64,000 nucleotides of DNA from Candidatus Poribacteria bacterium. Lineage in GTDB: Bacteria; Poribacteria; WGA-4E; PCPOR2b. The notes beneath the pieces are model-generated. The model saw only the letters and a list, made by a program, of their open reading frames with translations. It was not told the DNA's origin and did no database searches. Below, piece after piece: positions 1 to 11,043 of the stretch (the first letter of the stretch is position 1; each line of letters opens with the position of its first letter). The translations under genes were made by a program, and so were the position numbers. The stretch spans positions 1,280,001-1,344,000 of the forward strand of contig OZ242326.1 in NCBI GenBank assembly GCA_965208325.1, in the 5' to 3' direction.

Positions 1-765
1 ATGCTCTGACGTATCGCCTGTAGACGCCAAATAACCCAAGAATCCGCCTGCGAAACTATCGCCGGCACCGGTTGGATCCGACACGATTTGCAGTGGGTAA
101 GCCGGCGCGGAAAAGAAAGTGGAGTCCGTCAAAGAAACCGCCCCGTGTTCACCCTTCTTAATAATCACTCGGTTCGGTCCATAAGTTAGGATTGCCTTCG
201 CGGCGCGTATAAGATTGCTTTCATCCGTTAAAAGACGGGCTTCGCTATCGTTGATAATCAGTATATCAACCTTGCTCAAGGTTCGGATGAGTGCATCCCG
301 GCTATTATTAATCCAGAGATTCATTGTATCGCAAACAATTAACTTTGCATCCGTTGTTTGCTGGAGGACGCTCAACTGTAGTTCAGGATTGATATTCGCT
401 AAAAACACGAAGTGTGTATCTTTATGATTTGCGGGCAACTTCGGATTAAAGTCGCCATAGACATTCAAATGAGTGAAAAGTGTAAGCGCAGCGTTCGGAT
501 CATCCGTATAACGCCCGCCCCAACGAAAAGTTTTGCCGCCTTGAATCAGCTCCAACCCGGTTAAATCAATTGCGCGTGATTGAAGGAAGTGAATGTGTTC
601 TTGAGGAAAATCATCGCCGATGACAGCCATTAAGCGAATAGGATTGTGAAAAAAACTTGCTGCCACCGAAAAATAGATTGCCGATCCACCTAGTGCGTTC
701 TCGACTTTACCGGCGGATGTTTCCACTGAATCCAGTCCAACCGATCCAACAACCAAAATACTCAT
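1..765 (-). CDS. PfkB-family carbohydrate/nucleoside kinase (3' end runs off the window)
   Basis: Not in the ORF track because it is truncated. Manual translation from the ATG at 765 gives MSILVVGSVGLDSVET...GGSAIYFSVAASFF...DPTGAGDSFAGGFLG, which contains both PfkB signatures. Confidence 0.9.
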   Translation of the reverse strand, partial: MSILVVGSVGLDSVETSAGKVENALGGSAIYFSVAASFFHNPIRLMAVIGDDFPQEHIHFLQSRAIDLTGLELIQGGKTFRWGGRYTDDPNAALTLFTHLNVYGDFNPKLPANHKDTHFVFLANINPELQLSVLQQTTDAKLIVCDTMNLWINNSRDALIRTLSKVDILIINDSEARLLTDESNLIRAAKAILTYGPNRVIIKKGEHGAVSLTDSTFFSAPAYPLQIVSDPTGAGDSFAGGFLGYLASTGDTSEH

Positions 766-846
766 CAATCAACCTTTCAGATTGGCACGCCCTTTTGGTT
801 TTAACTTTCGAGATTTCGAAGCTTTCGAAAGCCTATGAACGCAAGT

Positions 847-1065
847 TCATCGACGATTTTTGTTCCTCAGCGCATACACGACGCGGCGAACGCGGCGAAC
901 CAAGATAACGACGAGTGTCACCAACAAAACTCCTTGGAGAATTTGACCGAGCCGAAACATACCTTCAGATAGTCGTGAAGGATCGGACTGCAATAACCAG
1001 ATTGGCAACAATAAAATCGCCGCAAAAAGCAATATTATACTTTCCCATAGCTCCGATTTCTTCAT
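847..1065 (-). CDS. Small two-TM membrane protein, hypothetical
   Basis: 72 aa with two hydrophobic stretches and a basic C-tail; GAGGA upstream; co-oriented within the ahcY operon. Confidence 0.7.
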   Translation of the reverse strand: MKKSELWESIILLFAAILLLPIWLLQSDPSRLSEGMFRLGQILQGVLLVTLVVILVRRVRRVVYALRNKNRR

Positions 1066-1103
1066 CAGTCGGATATCCTCAAGATACGCGCATGACTTGA
1101 TTC

Positions 1104-2366
1104 TTAAGTGCCCATCGTCCAGGAATTTAGGTAAGTATGCTGTTCTTCAGTCAACTCATCAATAGTAACGCCGAGTGCTTGTAATTTTAGCTGGGCGACG
1201 GAGGCATCAAGTGCCGGCGGTACGAGGTAAACACGGTTTTCCATTTCCGACTCGTTCCGGACGATGTACTCGGCGGACAATGCCTGATTAGCAAAACTCA
1301 TATCCATGACACTTGCGGGATGGCCTTCAGCCGAGGCTAGATTGATTAACCGCCCTTCACCAAGCAAACAAAGTCTACGCCCATCTTTCAAAGTATATTC
1401 CTCGACATATTCGCGGGCTGTTCTCACATCAATGCTCAAATCTTTAAGCGCTGGGATATCAATCTCAACGTTAAAGTGTCCCGAGTTACAAATAATTGCG
1501 CCGTCCTTCATCACCTCAAAATGTTCGCGGCGCAACACATGAATATCCCCCGTCAATGTAACAACAAGATCCGCCTCCGCAGCCGCATCAATCATCGGCA
1601 TGACCCGGAATCCATCCATCACTGCTTCTAATGCACTCAATGGGTCAACCTCAGTGACGATGACGTTCGCTCCTAACCCTCGCACCCTGTTGGCAAATCC
1701 ACGGCCGCACCAACCGTAACCGACAACGACAACAGTTGTTCCGGCGATTAGCAAATTGGTCGCACGAATTATGCCGTCCAATGTACTTTGCCCCGTACCG
1801 TACCGATTGTCGAAGAAGTGCTTTGTCTTGGCGTCATTGACGGCGATGATTGGGTACCGAAGAACACCTTCAGCAGCCATGCTTTTGAGCCGAATCACCC
1901 CAGTTGTCGTCTCCTCTGTCCCAGCGAGCACCTTTTCGACGTGAGCGGGGTTCGTGTTTTCAGAATGGAGTTGTGAAACTAAGTCGGCGCCGTCATCCAT
2001 TGTAATTAACGGCTGAAAGTTTACAGCTGCATCAATGTGTTGGTAGTAGGTGTCATTGTCCTCGCCTTTTATTGCAAAGACAGAGATGTCCTCATGTGCC
2101 ACGAGGGACGCAGCAACAGCATCTTGGGTGCTCATTGGATTTGAAGCGCACAAGGCAAGTTCCGCGCCGCCTGCCTTCAAAGCTCGCATAAGGTTAGCGG
2201 TCTCCGTTGTAACGTGTAAACAGGCAGAGATTCGTACCCCGTCCAATGGACACTCTTCAGCAAACCGTTCACGGATTAGGCTGAGCACTGGCATAAAACG
2301 TTCCGCCCAATCAATCCTCTGCTTCCCTTCCACTGCAAGATCTACGCTTTTAATATCGTAATCCAT
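1104..2366 (-). CDS. ahcY: Adenosylhomocysteinase (SAH hydrolase)
   Basis: [41 protein letters not shown] and GHP motifs. Confidence 0.97.
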   Translation of the reverse strand: MDYDIKSVDLAVEGKQRIDWAERFMPVLSLIRERFAEECPLDGVRISACLHVTTETANLMRALKAGGAELALCASNPMSTQDAVAASLVAHEDISVFAIKGEDNDTYYQHIDAAVNFQPLITMDDGADLVSQLHSENTNPAHVEKVLAGTEETTTGVIRLKSMAAEGVLRYPIIAVNDAKTKHFFDNRYGTGQSTLDGIIRATNLLIAGTTVVVVGYGWCGRGFANRVRGLGANVIVTEVDPLSALEAVMDGFRVMPMIDAAAEADLVVTLTGDIHVLRREHFEVMKDGAIICNSGHFNVEIDIPALKDLSIDVRTAREYVEEYTLKDGRRLCLLGEGRLINLASAEGHPASVMDMSFANQALSAEYIVRNESEMENRVYLVPPALDASVAQLKLQALGVTIDELTEEQHTYLNSWTMGT

Positions 2367-3542
2367 TTAATCTCCTGTGTAGCGCTGTGCCTCAGATCTG
2401 AGGCGTTCGACATAATCGGTCAATTCCCATGTGAAACCGTCTTCTTCGCGTCCGAAGTGTCCATAAGCCGCCGTCTTTTGATAGATTGGTCTACGCAAAT
2501 CCAAGCGTTCGATGATTCCTGCGGGTGTTAAATCGAAAACGTACTTCACAACACTAGTCAAAGTTTCATCTGAAAGCCTCACGCCTCCAATAGTTCTTCC
2601 GGTACCAAATGTATCAACCATAACTGATATTGGTTCGACCACTCCAATGGCGTAAGAGATTTGGACTTCACACCGTTCTGCCAGCTTTGCCGCCACAATA
2701 TTTTTCGCTGCATGCCGGGCAGCGTAGCAAGCGCTTCGATCGACCTTCGTTGGATCTTTCCCGGAAAACGCGCCGCCGCCGTGCCGTCCCATGCCGCCGT
2801 AGGTGTCGGCAATTATCTTTCGTCCAGTTAAACCTGCATCTCCCTGTGGACCGCCGACGACGAATCTTCCGGTTGGGTTAACATGGATTACCATGTCTGT
2901 GCCCCGCAGTTCCGGCGGGATCACATGGCAGATAACTTCTCTAGTAATGTCGTCGTTCAACTCGTCGGTGTCAACTTCTGAGTGGTGCTGGGTGGAAATT
3001 ACAACCGTATGGACATACGCAGGCTGCCCATCAATGTACTGAACCGTAACCTGCGACTTTCCATCAGGACGCAGATAATTGAGTACACCTTCTCGCCGCA
3101 CTTCTGCCAGACGCCGCGTCAGTTGATGAGCCAGCATGATCGGCATCGGCATCAATTCGTCAGTTTCACGGCAAGCATAGCCGAACATCATGCCTTGATC
3201 GCCAGCGCCGAGGCGATCAACACCCATCGCAATATCGGGGGACTGTTTATCAATCGTCGTCAGCACTGCACAGTGGTCGGCGTCAAATCCAAAATCACAA
3301 TTGATGTATCCTATCTGTCGAATCACTTTTCGGGCAATGGCGGGAATATCAATGTTGCTGTTCGTGGTGATTTCGCCTGCAATTAGGGCAAGCCCGGTTG
3401 TCACCAAGGTCTCGCATGCGACGCGTCCGTTGGAATCTTCGTTCATAATTGCATCAAGTACCGCGTCAGAAATCTGATCTGCAATTTTGTCAGGATGACC
3501 TTCAGTTACAGATTCTGATGTAAATAAAAAATTTCGGCTCAA
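2367..3542 (-). CDS. metK: S-adenosylmethionine synthetase
   Basis: [19 protein letters not shown] and GGGAFSGKD motifs. Start moved to the TTG at 3542, downstream of the SD AGGAG. Confidence 0.96.
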   Translation of the reverse strand: MSRNFLFTSESVTEGHPDKIADQISDAVLDAIMNEDSNGRVACETLVTTGLALIAGEITTNSNIDIPAIARKVIRQIGYINCDFGFDADHCAVLTTIDKQSPDIAMGVDRLGAGDQGMMFGYACRETDELMPMPIMLAHQLTRRLAEVRREGVLNYLRPDGKSQVTVQYIDGQPAYVHTVVISTQHHSEVDTDELNDDITREVICHVIPPELRGTDMVIHVNPTGRFVVGGPQGDAGLTGRKIIADTYGGMGRHGGGAFSGKDPTKVDRSACYAARHAAKNIVAAKLAERCEVQISYAIGVVEPISVMVDTFGTGRTIGGVRLSDETLTSVVKYVFDLTPAGIIERLDLRRPIYQKTAAYGHFGREEDGFTWELTDYVERLRSEAQRYTGD

Positions 3543-4138
3543 TTGATTGCTCCTAACCTCAATTGTAGGTGGATGCATATTGCGTGTTTTAGCGATAAAC
3601 CGTCGCAATATTTCTCGTGTTTGTCCCCGCCCAATCTTCAATACAGCACGTGCGGTAGATACGCGTGGCTTCCCTGAATCAACTCAAACCAACTCAATTT
3701 GATGTCGAGATCCCAATAAACCTATTCACCAATTCTCTCCGCAGACCATTCAATGATTGAGCGATTTCAGGTCATCCGGACGCCTTGGATATCCGGTGCG
3801 CTGCCGCCGTTGTTCACTGCCCGGATTTGCGTCTAAACACAGTGATGCCTACGGTCCCAATCTAGCATAAGGAAAGAGGACAAATTACGAGTCTGATATT
3901 TGCCTAAATCCACGTCAAAGAGGGAGGGGGGAAAGTCACCGGCAAGATTTTATTTGGAAAGGAATTAAAAGCAGTTTTCAACAGTGATACCATCACAGAA
4001 CACACAACACAATAACCTTGTATTCTACGGCATCAATCTCACGAACCGCACGGCAACCCACTCTTCCGCACGACATGCAGTAGATTCATTCAATGGCGGA
4101 ACTTAAAGATTCAGCGATTGCATATCATTCCGGTTCTG

Positions 4139-6157
4139 TCACTCCTCAGAAGCGGATTTATCAAGTTCTTCTCTAAGCAAGGCACCCAATGTAGTGGTCG
4201 GCTCCTCGGGGTCCTCCGTTTCTTGCTGTTCCTGATATTGCGTTACGGTTGCACGTTCTTGCGCCGTTCGTGCTCCCTTCAGACTCAAACCGATGCGGCG
4301 TTCCGTCGCATCAAGATGAATCACTTTTAGGTCAAACACGTCGCCAATTGAGACAACATCTTCAGGCTTATCAATACGTTGGTTAGCAAGTTCAGAAATG
4401 TGAATGAGTCCCTCAATGCCATCCTCAAGCTTTGCGAATGCGCCGAAATTAGTCAAATTCACAATTTCTCCGCGAACAATTGAATCAATGTTGTACTTCT
4501 CGGGAACCTGCAACCATGGATCGGGTTCAATCTGCTTAAGGCCCAAGGAAACCTTTTGCTCTGCGGGATCTATACTTAAAACCATGACTTCAACCTCATC
4601 GCCTTCCCTGAGAATCTCACGCGGGTGTACATCTCGCTTGACCCAAGAAAGGTCTGTCGTGTGTATCAGACCATCCACCTCATCTTCAATTTCAACAAAG
4701 GCGCCAAAATCTGTCAGGTTTCTCACGCGGCCAACAATCTTTGTACCAATCGGATACTTGGTTTCCAATAGTTCCCATGGATTGGGCTGGAGCTGCTTTA
4801 ACCCAAGGGAAATTCTTTTGCTCCCTCTATCAATCTCAAGGACAACTGCCTCAACCTTGTCCTCTTTACTGAAGATTCTCGAAGGTGCAACATTTCTTTT
4901 TGTCCACGACATTTCCGATACATGAATGAGTCCTTCAACCCCTTCCTCAAGTTCAAGGAACGCGCCATAGTTGACAATATTGACAACACGCCCTTGAACC
5001 GTGGATCCAACCGGAAATTTTTCTTCAACAGTGAGCCACGGATCTGTGGTTTTTTGTTTCAAGCCGAGCGAAATTTTTTCGCTTTGGTGGTCAATGTCAG
5101 TAATTTTTACATTAATTTCGTCGCCAATCGAAATCATCTCTGAAGGGTGATTCACTCTACTCCACGACATATCCGTCTTGTGGAGCAACCCGTCAATGCC
5201 ACCGAGATCAACAAATGCGCCGAAGGAAGTAATATTCTTAACCACCCCGGACCGAATCTGCCCAACTTCAAGTGCACTGAGCAATTCCGCCTTTTGCGAC
5301 GCCAATTCTTCTTCGAGAAGTATTCGGCGCGACAAGACAATGTTTCGGCGACGCCTGCTGACTTTCACTACCTTCATCTCAAGTGTTTTACCAATGTAAC
5401 GCTCGAAATTTTGAACAGGGCGCAATTCAATCTGTGAAGCTGGTAGAAACGCGCGTAATTTACCAACCTCAACCCGAAGTCCTCCTTTGATGTGTTCTAC
5501 AACTTTGCCTTGAACGGGTTGCTTATCTTCGTGGGCTTTGGCGATTTCGTCCCAAACAATCTTTTGGTCGGCAAATTGTTTGGACAAGACAATTTGGCCT
5601 TCGGCGTCTTCTCTGCGTACAATATAGACATCAATCTCATCGCCAACGGACACAGACGGCAGCCCGTCTTTCCCGACCTCAAATTCTCCTGTAGGAATAT
5701 ATCCCTCGGATTTAAAACCGATATCAATCATGATTTCGTCGCGATTGACATCGACAACGGTGCCTTTAACAACTTCGCCTTCCGTGAAGGCTTTAAGAGA
5801 GTTATCGTACGCCTCTTCAAGCGACTCCATGTCCGAGATATCGGCGCCTGATGACTCCCCGCCTGAATCCCCGGTTGCATCCGCACCCGCGGCTTCGATT
5901 GAAGACGTATCATCAGTTTTTGCAACTGCTACGATTTGACCCACTTTTCCCGTAGCATCAACCTTTGCATCGCCTTCTACAGGTGCTTCCTCGCTTGCCT
6001 GGATCGTTTCTTGCTCGGTCGTTTGGTTAGTAGCAGCTGCAGAACCTGAGTTATCTTCGGACTCAGACTGCGTCTCCACTTCAGTCGCGCCCGCCTCATC
6101 CGCTTCAACTGCGAATTCACCGGCATTCACTACCTCATTTTTTGAATCATCATTCAT
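4139..6157 (-). CDS. rpsA: 30S ribosomal protein S1 with an acidic N-terminal extension
   Basis: Six S1 repeats (e.g. FGAFVDLGGIDGLLH, YGAFLELEEGVEGLIHVSE). Start placed at ATG 6157 but uncertain. Confidence 0.93.
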   Translation of the reverse strand: MNDDSKNEVVNAGEFAVEADEAGATEVETQSESEDNSGSAAATNQTTEQETIQASEEAPVEGDAKVDATGKVGQIVAVAKTDDTSSIEAAGADATGDSGGESSGADISDMESLEEAYDNSLKAFTEGEVVKGTVVDVNRDEIMIDIGFKSEGYIPTGEFEVGKDGLPSVSVGDEIDVYIVRREDAEGQIVLSKQFADQKIVWDEIAKAHEDKQPVQGKVVEHIKGGLRVEVGKLRAFLPASQIELRPVQNFERYIGKTLEMKVVKVSRRRRNIVLSRRILLEEELASQKAELLSALEVGQIRSGVVKNITSFGAFVDLGGIDGLLHKTDMSWSRVNHPSEMISIGDEINVKITDIDHQSEKISLGLKQKTTDPWLTVEEKFPVGSTVQGRVVNIVNYGAFLELEEGVEGLIHVSEMSWTKRNVAPSRIFSKEDKVEAVVLEIDRGSKRISLGLKQLQPNPWELLETKYPIGTKIVGRVRNLTDFGAFVEIEDEVDGLIHTTDLSWVKRDVHPREILREGDEVEVMVLSIDPAEQKVSLGLKQIEPDPWLQVPEKYNIDSIVRGEIVNLTNFGAFAKLEDGIEGLIHISELANQRIDKPEDVVSIGDVFDLKVIHLDATERRIGLSLKGARTAQERATVTQYQEQQETEDPEEPTTTLGALLREELDKSASEE

Positions 6158-6281
6158 CAGAATATTCGGTTCAATCCCAAAACGCAAAACAGCGTTCGAT
6201 TTGACCCACCAGTTCCTCCTTTTTCCAAGTCACCCTCCTAATTTTTGGACGGTTAAGACATTGGTTCAAAATTACCGACAT

Positions 6282-6311
6282 AGTATAGCACAAATTAGTG
6301 CATTGACGCAA
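6282..6311 (-). promoter_or_regulatory. Sigma70-type promoter for rpsA
   Basis: TTGCGT-18nt-TATACT with extended TG on the minus strand. Confidence 0.5.
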
Positions 6312-6599
6312 CTTCATTCCCTGATTTGTTAAAAATTTCCCCTTATTATGGTCAATTCCTTTCACATTTTCACAAGTTTCGGTCGGTCCGGTCTTTAAAC
6401 CCCGTCCGATTTCGATGCGCGCCATTCCACAAGTTTGGGTGCTCCGCATACCATTAAGCCTGCAACCTCGCGAGCTGCCTGCACAAAAAATTATTGGTCT
6501 AAAAAAACACTAAATCATCGGCGCATTTTTCAGTGCCACCCCAGAAATTCTGATTGGTTGCCGGTGGTTATGCGGCATAGGCCAGGAAACGCAAATGCC

Positions 6600-6628
6600 T
6601 TGACAACCTTGGGGGCCTCATGTATCAT
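6600..6628 (+). promoter_or_regulatory. Sigma70-type promoter
   Basis: TTGACA-17nt-TATCAT, about 40 nt upstream of the CDS at 6667. Confidence 0.6.
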
Positions 6629-6666
6629 CGCCCCGTGCTAACATAAGTTTTTGATGGGAGCTAAAG

Positions 6667-8574
6667 GTGGTACGAGACGTAAAAAGCGGCACAATCTCCG
6701 ACGTGCATACACTGCGTACGCGTTTCATTATCCGTGCCCTGATTTTCGGCTCAATTCTCATTATACTCAACTGTTATTGGATTGTATCCGCGGAAAATCG
6801 GGTTGTGTGGGAATTGACAGACTTTTCAATTTTCCCCACGGTACTGTTTACACTCTTCCTCGCGGCACTGGTCAACCTATTGTTGAAGCGATTCTTTAAA
6901 CGTGCGCCGTTGAGCGAATCGGAGTTAGCAATTGTGTATATCATGGTTTCGGTCGCGACAGCGCTCGCAGGTCACGACATTGTCCGCCAGTTGGTGCCCA
7001 TGATGGCAAACGCGTTCTGGTTCGCAACCCCCGAAAACGAATGGGAGGCACTCTTTTTTCGATTCATCCCGTCATGGCTCGCGGTTGAAGATCGAAGCGT
7101 TTTACAAGGGTATTTTGAGGGTGATGATAGCTTTTGGCGGCGTGAGTATATTGATGCGTGGCTCACACCCATGCTCGCGTGGACGGCCTTCGTCGTCGTT
7201 ATTTTGTTCGTCATGCTCTGCATCAACATTATAGTTAGAAAGCAGTGGATCGACCATGAGAAGTTGAGCTATCCGCTGACCGTAATGCCGGTGGAAGTCA
7301 TCGGCGGCAGCTCCAAATTATTCACCAACCGGCTCATCTGGATTGGATTCGGTATCGCTTTCTGCCTCGAAATCCTCTCCGGTATCAACTATCTTTATCC
7401 AGTTGTTCCATCACTCAATGCAAAGTACGTAATTCAATTCGTCGAAAAACCGTGGAACTCGGTCGGTTGGGGAGGCAGCGGCGGATTTCCAATGTATGTC
7501 TACCCTTTTGCCGTCGGTTTTGGATTTCTGATGCCGCTCGACCTATCTTTTTCGTTATGGTTCTTCTATCTGTTTTGGACCGCACAACGAATCTTTTTCA
7601 ATGCGATTGGCTGGACAACCGCAATCAGCTTGCAAGCGCAGCAAAGGTCAGGTGCATGGCTCGGCGTTGGAATTCTGGCGCTTTGGACCATCCGAAAACA
7701 CATCGCCCGTGTAGTAAACGGGGTCTTTTTTTCCAAAGCCGCTGACCCGCTTTATCGAACCGCTGTCTTAGGCATCATCTTCGGAATGGGATTCATCCTA
7801 TTCTTCTGGTTTCAGGCTGGGCTGTCGCTTTGGGTGGCGTCGGGATACTTCGTTATCTACTTTCTGCTCTGTATTGGAATGACCCGCATGCGTGCCGAGT
7901 TGGGTCCGCCGACGCACGAATTGCACAGCGCCCACCCGGACCAAATTATGATTTGGTTGATCGGTACCCGTCCCATTGGCGCAGGAAATTTAACGAATAC
8001 AACACTCTTGTCGTGGCTGGCTTACGGTTATCGATGCCACCCCATGCCCCATCAGTTGGAAGGATTCAAAATCGCATCGCATTTCAAAATCAGCGAAAAT
8101 CGGCTGGTCGTGGCGTTCATCGTGGCATCGGTCGTCGGTACAATCATGGCGATTGGCGCGCACGTCGCGCTTTACTACAAATTCCAATTCCATCACTGGG
8201 GCGTTGGCGAAACACACCGTCTTCACAGTTGGATTGCGTTTCCGCAAACGACCGACGTACCCGCAATTCAACACATGGGGTTTGGCTTCCTTTTCACTGC
8301 GGCACTTACCGTCCTGAAAAGACGATTCCTGTGGTGGCCCCTATACCCCGTCGGCTATGCTGTCGGAAACGGTTGGGCAATCGGTTGGATGTGGCTGTCC
8401 ATCTTCTTCGGCTGGTTGTTTAAACGCCTCCTTTTTGCCGCTGGCGGTGTCACATCCTACCGCCGCGCATTGCCCTTCTTCCTAGGACTGATTTTCGGGC
8501 AATTTCTTGCCGGCAGTCTGTGGAGCCTTATCGGCGTTGTGCTAAACACAAATGTCTACACGTTATTCCCATGA
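6667..8574 (+). CDS. DUF6785/DUF6784-type polytopic membrane protein (putative peptide transporter)
   Basis: 635 aa with many TM segments; motifs FWFATPENEW, RKQWIDHEKLSYPL, TRMRAELG, WWPLYPVGY and PFFLGLIFG, which I recall from this family. Confidence 0.75.
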   Translation: MVRDVKSGTISDVHTLRTRFIIRALIFGSILIILNCYWIVSAENRVVWELTDFSIFPTVLFTLFLAALVNLLLKRFFKRAPLSESELAIVYIMVSVATALAGHDIVRQLVPMMANAFWFATPENEWEALFFRFIPSWLAVEDRSVLQGYFEGDDSFWRREYIDAWLTPMLAWTAFVVVILFVMLCINIIVRKQWIDHEKLSYPLTVMPVEVIGGSSKLFTNRLIWIGFGIAFCLEILSGINYLYPVVPSLNAKYVIQFVEKPWNSVGWGGSGGFPMYVYPFAVGFGFLMPLDLSFSLWFFYLFWTAQRIFFNAIGWTTAISLQAQQRSGAWLGVGILALWTIRKHIARVVNGVFFSKAADPLYRTAVLGIIFGMGFILFFWFQAGLSLWVASGYFVIYFLLCIGMTRMRAELGPPTHELHSAHPDQIMIWLIGTRPIGAGNLTNTTLLSWLAYGYRCHPMPHQLEGFKIASHFKISENRLVVAFIVASVVGTIMAIGAHVALYYKFQFHHWGVGETHRLHSWIAFPQTTDVPAIQHMGFGFLFTAALTVLKRRFLWWPLYPVGYAVGNGWAIGWMWLSIFFGWLFKRLLFAAGGVTSYRRALPFFLGLIFGQFLAGSLWSLIGVVLNTNVYTLFP

Positions 8575-8828
8575 ACCGTGCCTACCGTTTAAAAAAATGC
8601 TTGTTGTAAATTCTTCCGGGTTATGCCATAATAGCTTTTCATTTCGGTTGAGATTAAACTCTCAGCTAAGCGGGTAGGGAGAGAACAAGCGAGCAATTAG
8701 GAAGTGCGATAGTATTCGTCTTCTTTAGCTTTTCCCATCGAAATTGAGGTAATCTGCAATCCTTAATTACAATTACCACATCCTTTTAAATTACCAAGCC
8801 AGCCAAATTCAGGAGGCTCCGAAACGCC

Positions 8829-10283
8829 ATGAATACGAAAAATATTCTTCCGAACTACATTGGTAACCAGTGGCGCCATTCTAGTGCACTCGAGCACCTA
8901 GACGTGTACAATCCCGCCACGGCTGAAGTCATCGGCGCCGTTCCCCTCTCGCCCGCCGCAGAAGTAGATCAGGCAGCGCAAACTGCCTCTAAAGCGCTCG
9001 TCGAGTGGCGCCGCACCCCGCCGACCGAAAGAGTGCAATTCCTATTCAAACTGAAAATCCTGCTTGAGGAACACTTCGATGCTATTGCACGCACTATAAC
9101 CTTAGAATGCGGCAAGACGCTTGATGAATCGAGAGGGGAACTGCGCCGAGCCGTTGAGAACGTCGAAGTCGCCTGCGGCATTCCGACCCTGATGCAAGGC
9201 TATAATTTGGAAGACATCGCCGCCGGAATTGACGAGATGATGATCCGTCAACCGGTCGGGGTCTGCGCCGCAATCGCCCCGTTCAACTTCCCCGGCATGA
9301 TCGTTTTCTGGTTTCTTCCGTACGCTATTGCCTGCGGCAATACCTTCATTGTTAAACCGTCGGAGAAGGTGCCGCTGACCATGCAAAAAATCTTCGGTTT
9401 GCTGGAAGAGATTGGCCTGCCGGAGGGCGTCGTTAATTTGGTGAACGGCACGAAAGAGACGGTTGATGCCATCTTGGATCACCCGACGATTAAAGCCGTT
9501 AGTTTCGTCGGTTCGACCGCTGTCGCCAAGTCTGTCTACGGTCGAGCCACGGTGAACGGCAAGCGGGCGCAGTGCCAAGGCGGCGCCAAGAATCCCATCA
9601 TCGTCCTGCCCGATGCCGATATGGAGCTCACACAGCGCACTGTTCCTGAAAGCGCGTTTGGCTGTGCCGGACAACGCTGTTTGGCGGGTTCGCTTGCGAT
9701 TACTGTTGGCGAGGCGCGAAATTGGTTCACGAACATCATGGTAGACGCGGCCGCGAGTCGAGTAGTCGGCAACGGATTACATCCTAATGTCGAGATGGGG
9801 CCCGTAATCACGCCCGAAAGCAAAACTCGCATTGAAGGATTGATTCAAAAAGGCGCTGACGAAGGCGCCAAAATCCTCGTAGACGGCCGCAACACCGAGA
9901 TTTCAGGATACGACAACGGATATTTCGTTCGTCCAACCTTGCTCGACGATTTGAATCCAGACAGCGAAATCGCACAAACCGAGATTTTCGGTCCAGTGTT
10001 GAGCCTGATTCACGTCAATACCATTGATGATGCTATCGCGTTGGTCAATAGCAGAAATTACGGCAACATGGCGTGCCTCTATACCAGCAGCGGCGCAGCC
10101 GCCCGAAAATTCCGATACGAGGCGGAAATTGGCAATATCGGAATTAATCTCGGCGTCGCGGCGCCGATGGCGTTCTTCCCTTTCAGCGGCTGGAAGGATA
10201 GCTTCTTCGGGGATTTACACGGCCAGGGTCAAGACGCTGTCGAGTTCTTCACTCAAAAGAAAGTTGTCGTCGAACGTTGGTAG
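8829..10283 (+). CDS. mmsA: CoA-acylating methylmalonate/malonate-semialdehyde dehydrogenase
   Basis: [36 protein letters not shown] and C-terminal VVVERW; SD AGGAGG. Confidence 0.9.
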   Translation: MNTKNILPNYIGNQWRHSSALEHLDVYNPATAEVIGAVPLSPAAEVDQAAQTASKALVEWRRTPPTERVQFLFKLKILLEEHFDAIARTITLECGKTLDESRGELRRAVENVEVACGIPTLMQGYNLEDIAAGIDEMMIRQPVGVCAAIAPFNFPGMIVFWFLPYAIACGNTFIVKPSEKVPLTMQKIFGLLEEIGLPEGVVNLVNGTKETVDAILDHPTIKAVSFVGSTAVAKSVYGRATVNGKRAQCQGGAKNPIIVLPDADMELTQRTVPESAFGCAGQRCLAGSLAITVGEARNWFTNIMVDAAASRVVGNGLHPNVEMGPVITPESKTRIEGLIQKGADEGAKILVDGRNTEISGYDNGYFVRPTLLDDLNPDSEIAQTEIFGPVLSLIHVNTIDDAIALVNSRNYGNMACLYTSSGAAARKFRYEAEIGNIGINLGVAAPMAFFPFSGWKDSFFGDLHGQGQDAVEFFTQKKVVVERW

Positions 10284-10301
10284 CGCTGGTAGCAAGGAAT
10301 C

Positions 10302-10778
10302 GTGATGAAGAGACGTAAAACCGTATACCTCGCGAACCCTTACGGATTCTCGGACCAACAGCGGACTGTCCTGTTGCCCGCGCTCGTCCAGGCACTCGAA
10401 GCGCTGGGCTTAGAAGTGTGGGAGCCGTTTGCGCGGAACAACGAAGACACCTCGTCTTCGGGTTGGGCTTATCGTGTCGGGCAGGCGGACATGCAGGATT
10501 TAATGGAGGCGGACGCAATCTTTGCCGTTGTTAACGGCGTGCCACCCGACGAAGGCGTCATGGTCGAACTTGGAATGGCGATAACCGCGGGCAAACCAAT
10601 ATTTCTATTTCGAGACGACTTTCGCCGTGCCGCTGATAGTGACGAATACCCGCTCAATCTCATGCTGTTTACAGGACTGCCGCAGCAAGGCTGGGAACGC
10701 TTCTATTACACATCAATCGCCGAAATCTCATCACCCGAAAAAGCCCTGACCCACTGGTCGAATGAAAATCAAATATAA
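10302..10778 (+). CDS. Nucleoside 2-deoxyribosyltransferase family protein
   Basis: VYLANPYGFS and PDEGVMVELG motifs. Confidence 0.85.
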   Translation: MMKRRKTVYLANPYGFSDQQRTVLLPALVQALEALGLEVWEPFARNNEDTSSSGWAYRVGQADMQDLMEADAIFAVVNGVPPDEGVMVELGMAITAGKPIFLFRDDFRRAADSDEYPLNLMLFTGLPQQGWERFYYTSIAEISSPEKALTHWSNENQI

Positions 10779-11043
10779 ACGTCATAGTCACTAGCTATTG
10801 GTCACTGCATATATCGGCTGTGCGTCACGTCGAATCGTAAATCCCTCCCCCTTGACAAGCGGGAGCTAAAGCTAGAGTAGATGATCGTTTTATTCTGCGG
10901 TAAATTCGAATTCCTTACCGAACCAGTATTTATGCAGTGCGCTGGTGCGGTCAGAAACTGCGCTGGCCGCAACTCTAGGGCGGGCCAACTTCAACGTTTA
11001 CAACGTCGTATCTTCGAGACACAGCCCGTTGAGAACTCCATAC

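Noticed and set aside
3740..3870. SRP RNA, 6S RNA or a canonical SAM/SAH riboswitch
   Set aside because: The conserved cores (SRP GGAA/AGCAG loop, SAM-I AUC..GAG/GCAAC, SAH GAGGAGCG) were not found. Kept only as an unassigned structure.
10841..10866. ATCCCTCCC(CC)TTGAC motif, also at about 16193, as a repeat family
   Set aside because: Short and degenerate, and the palindromic partner arm is poor; insufficient support.
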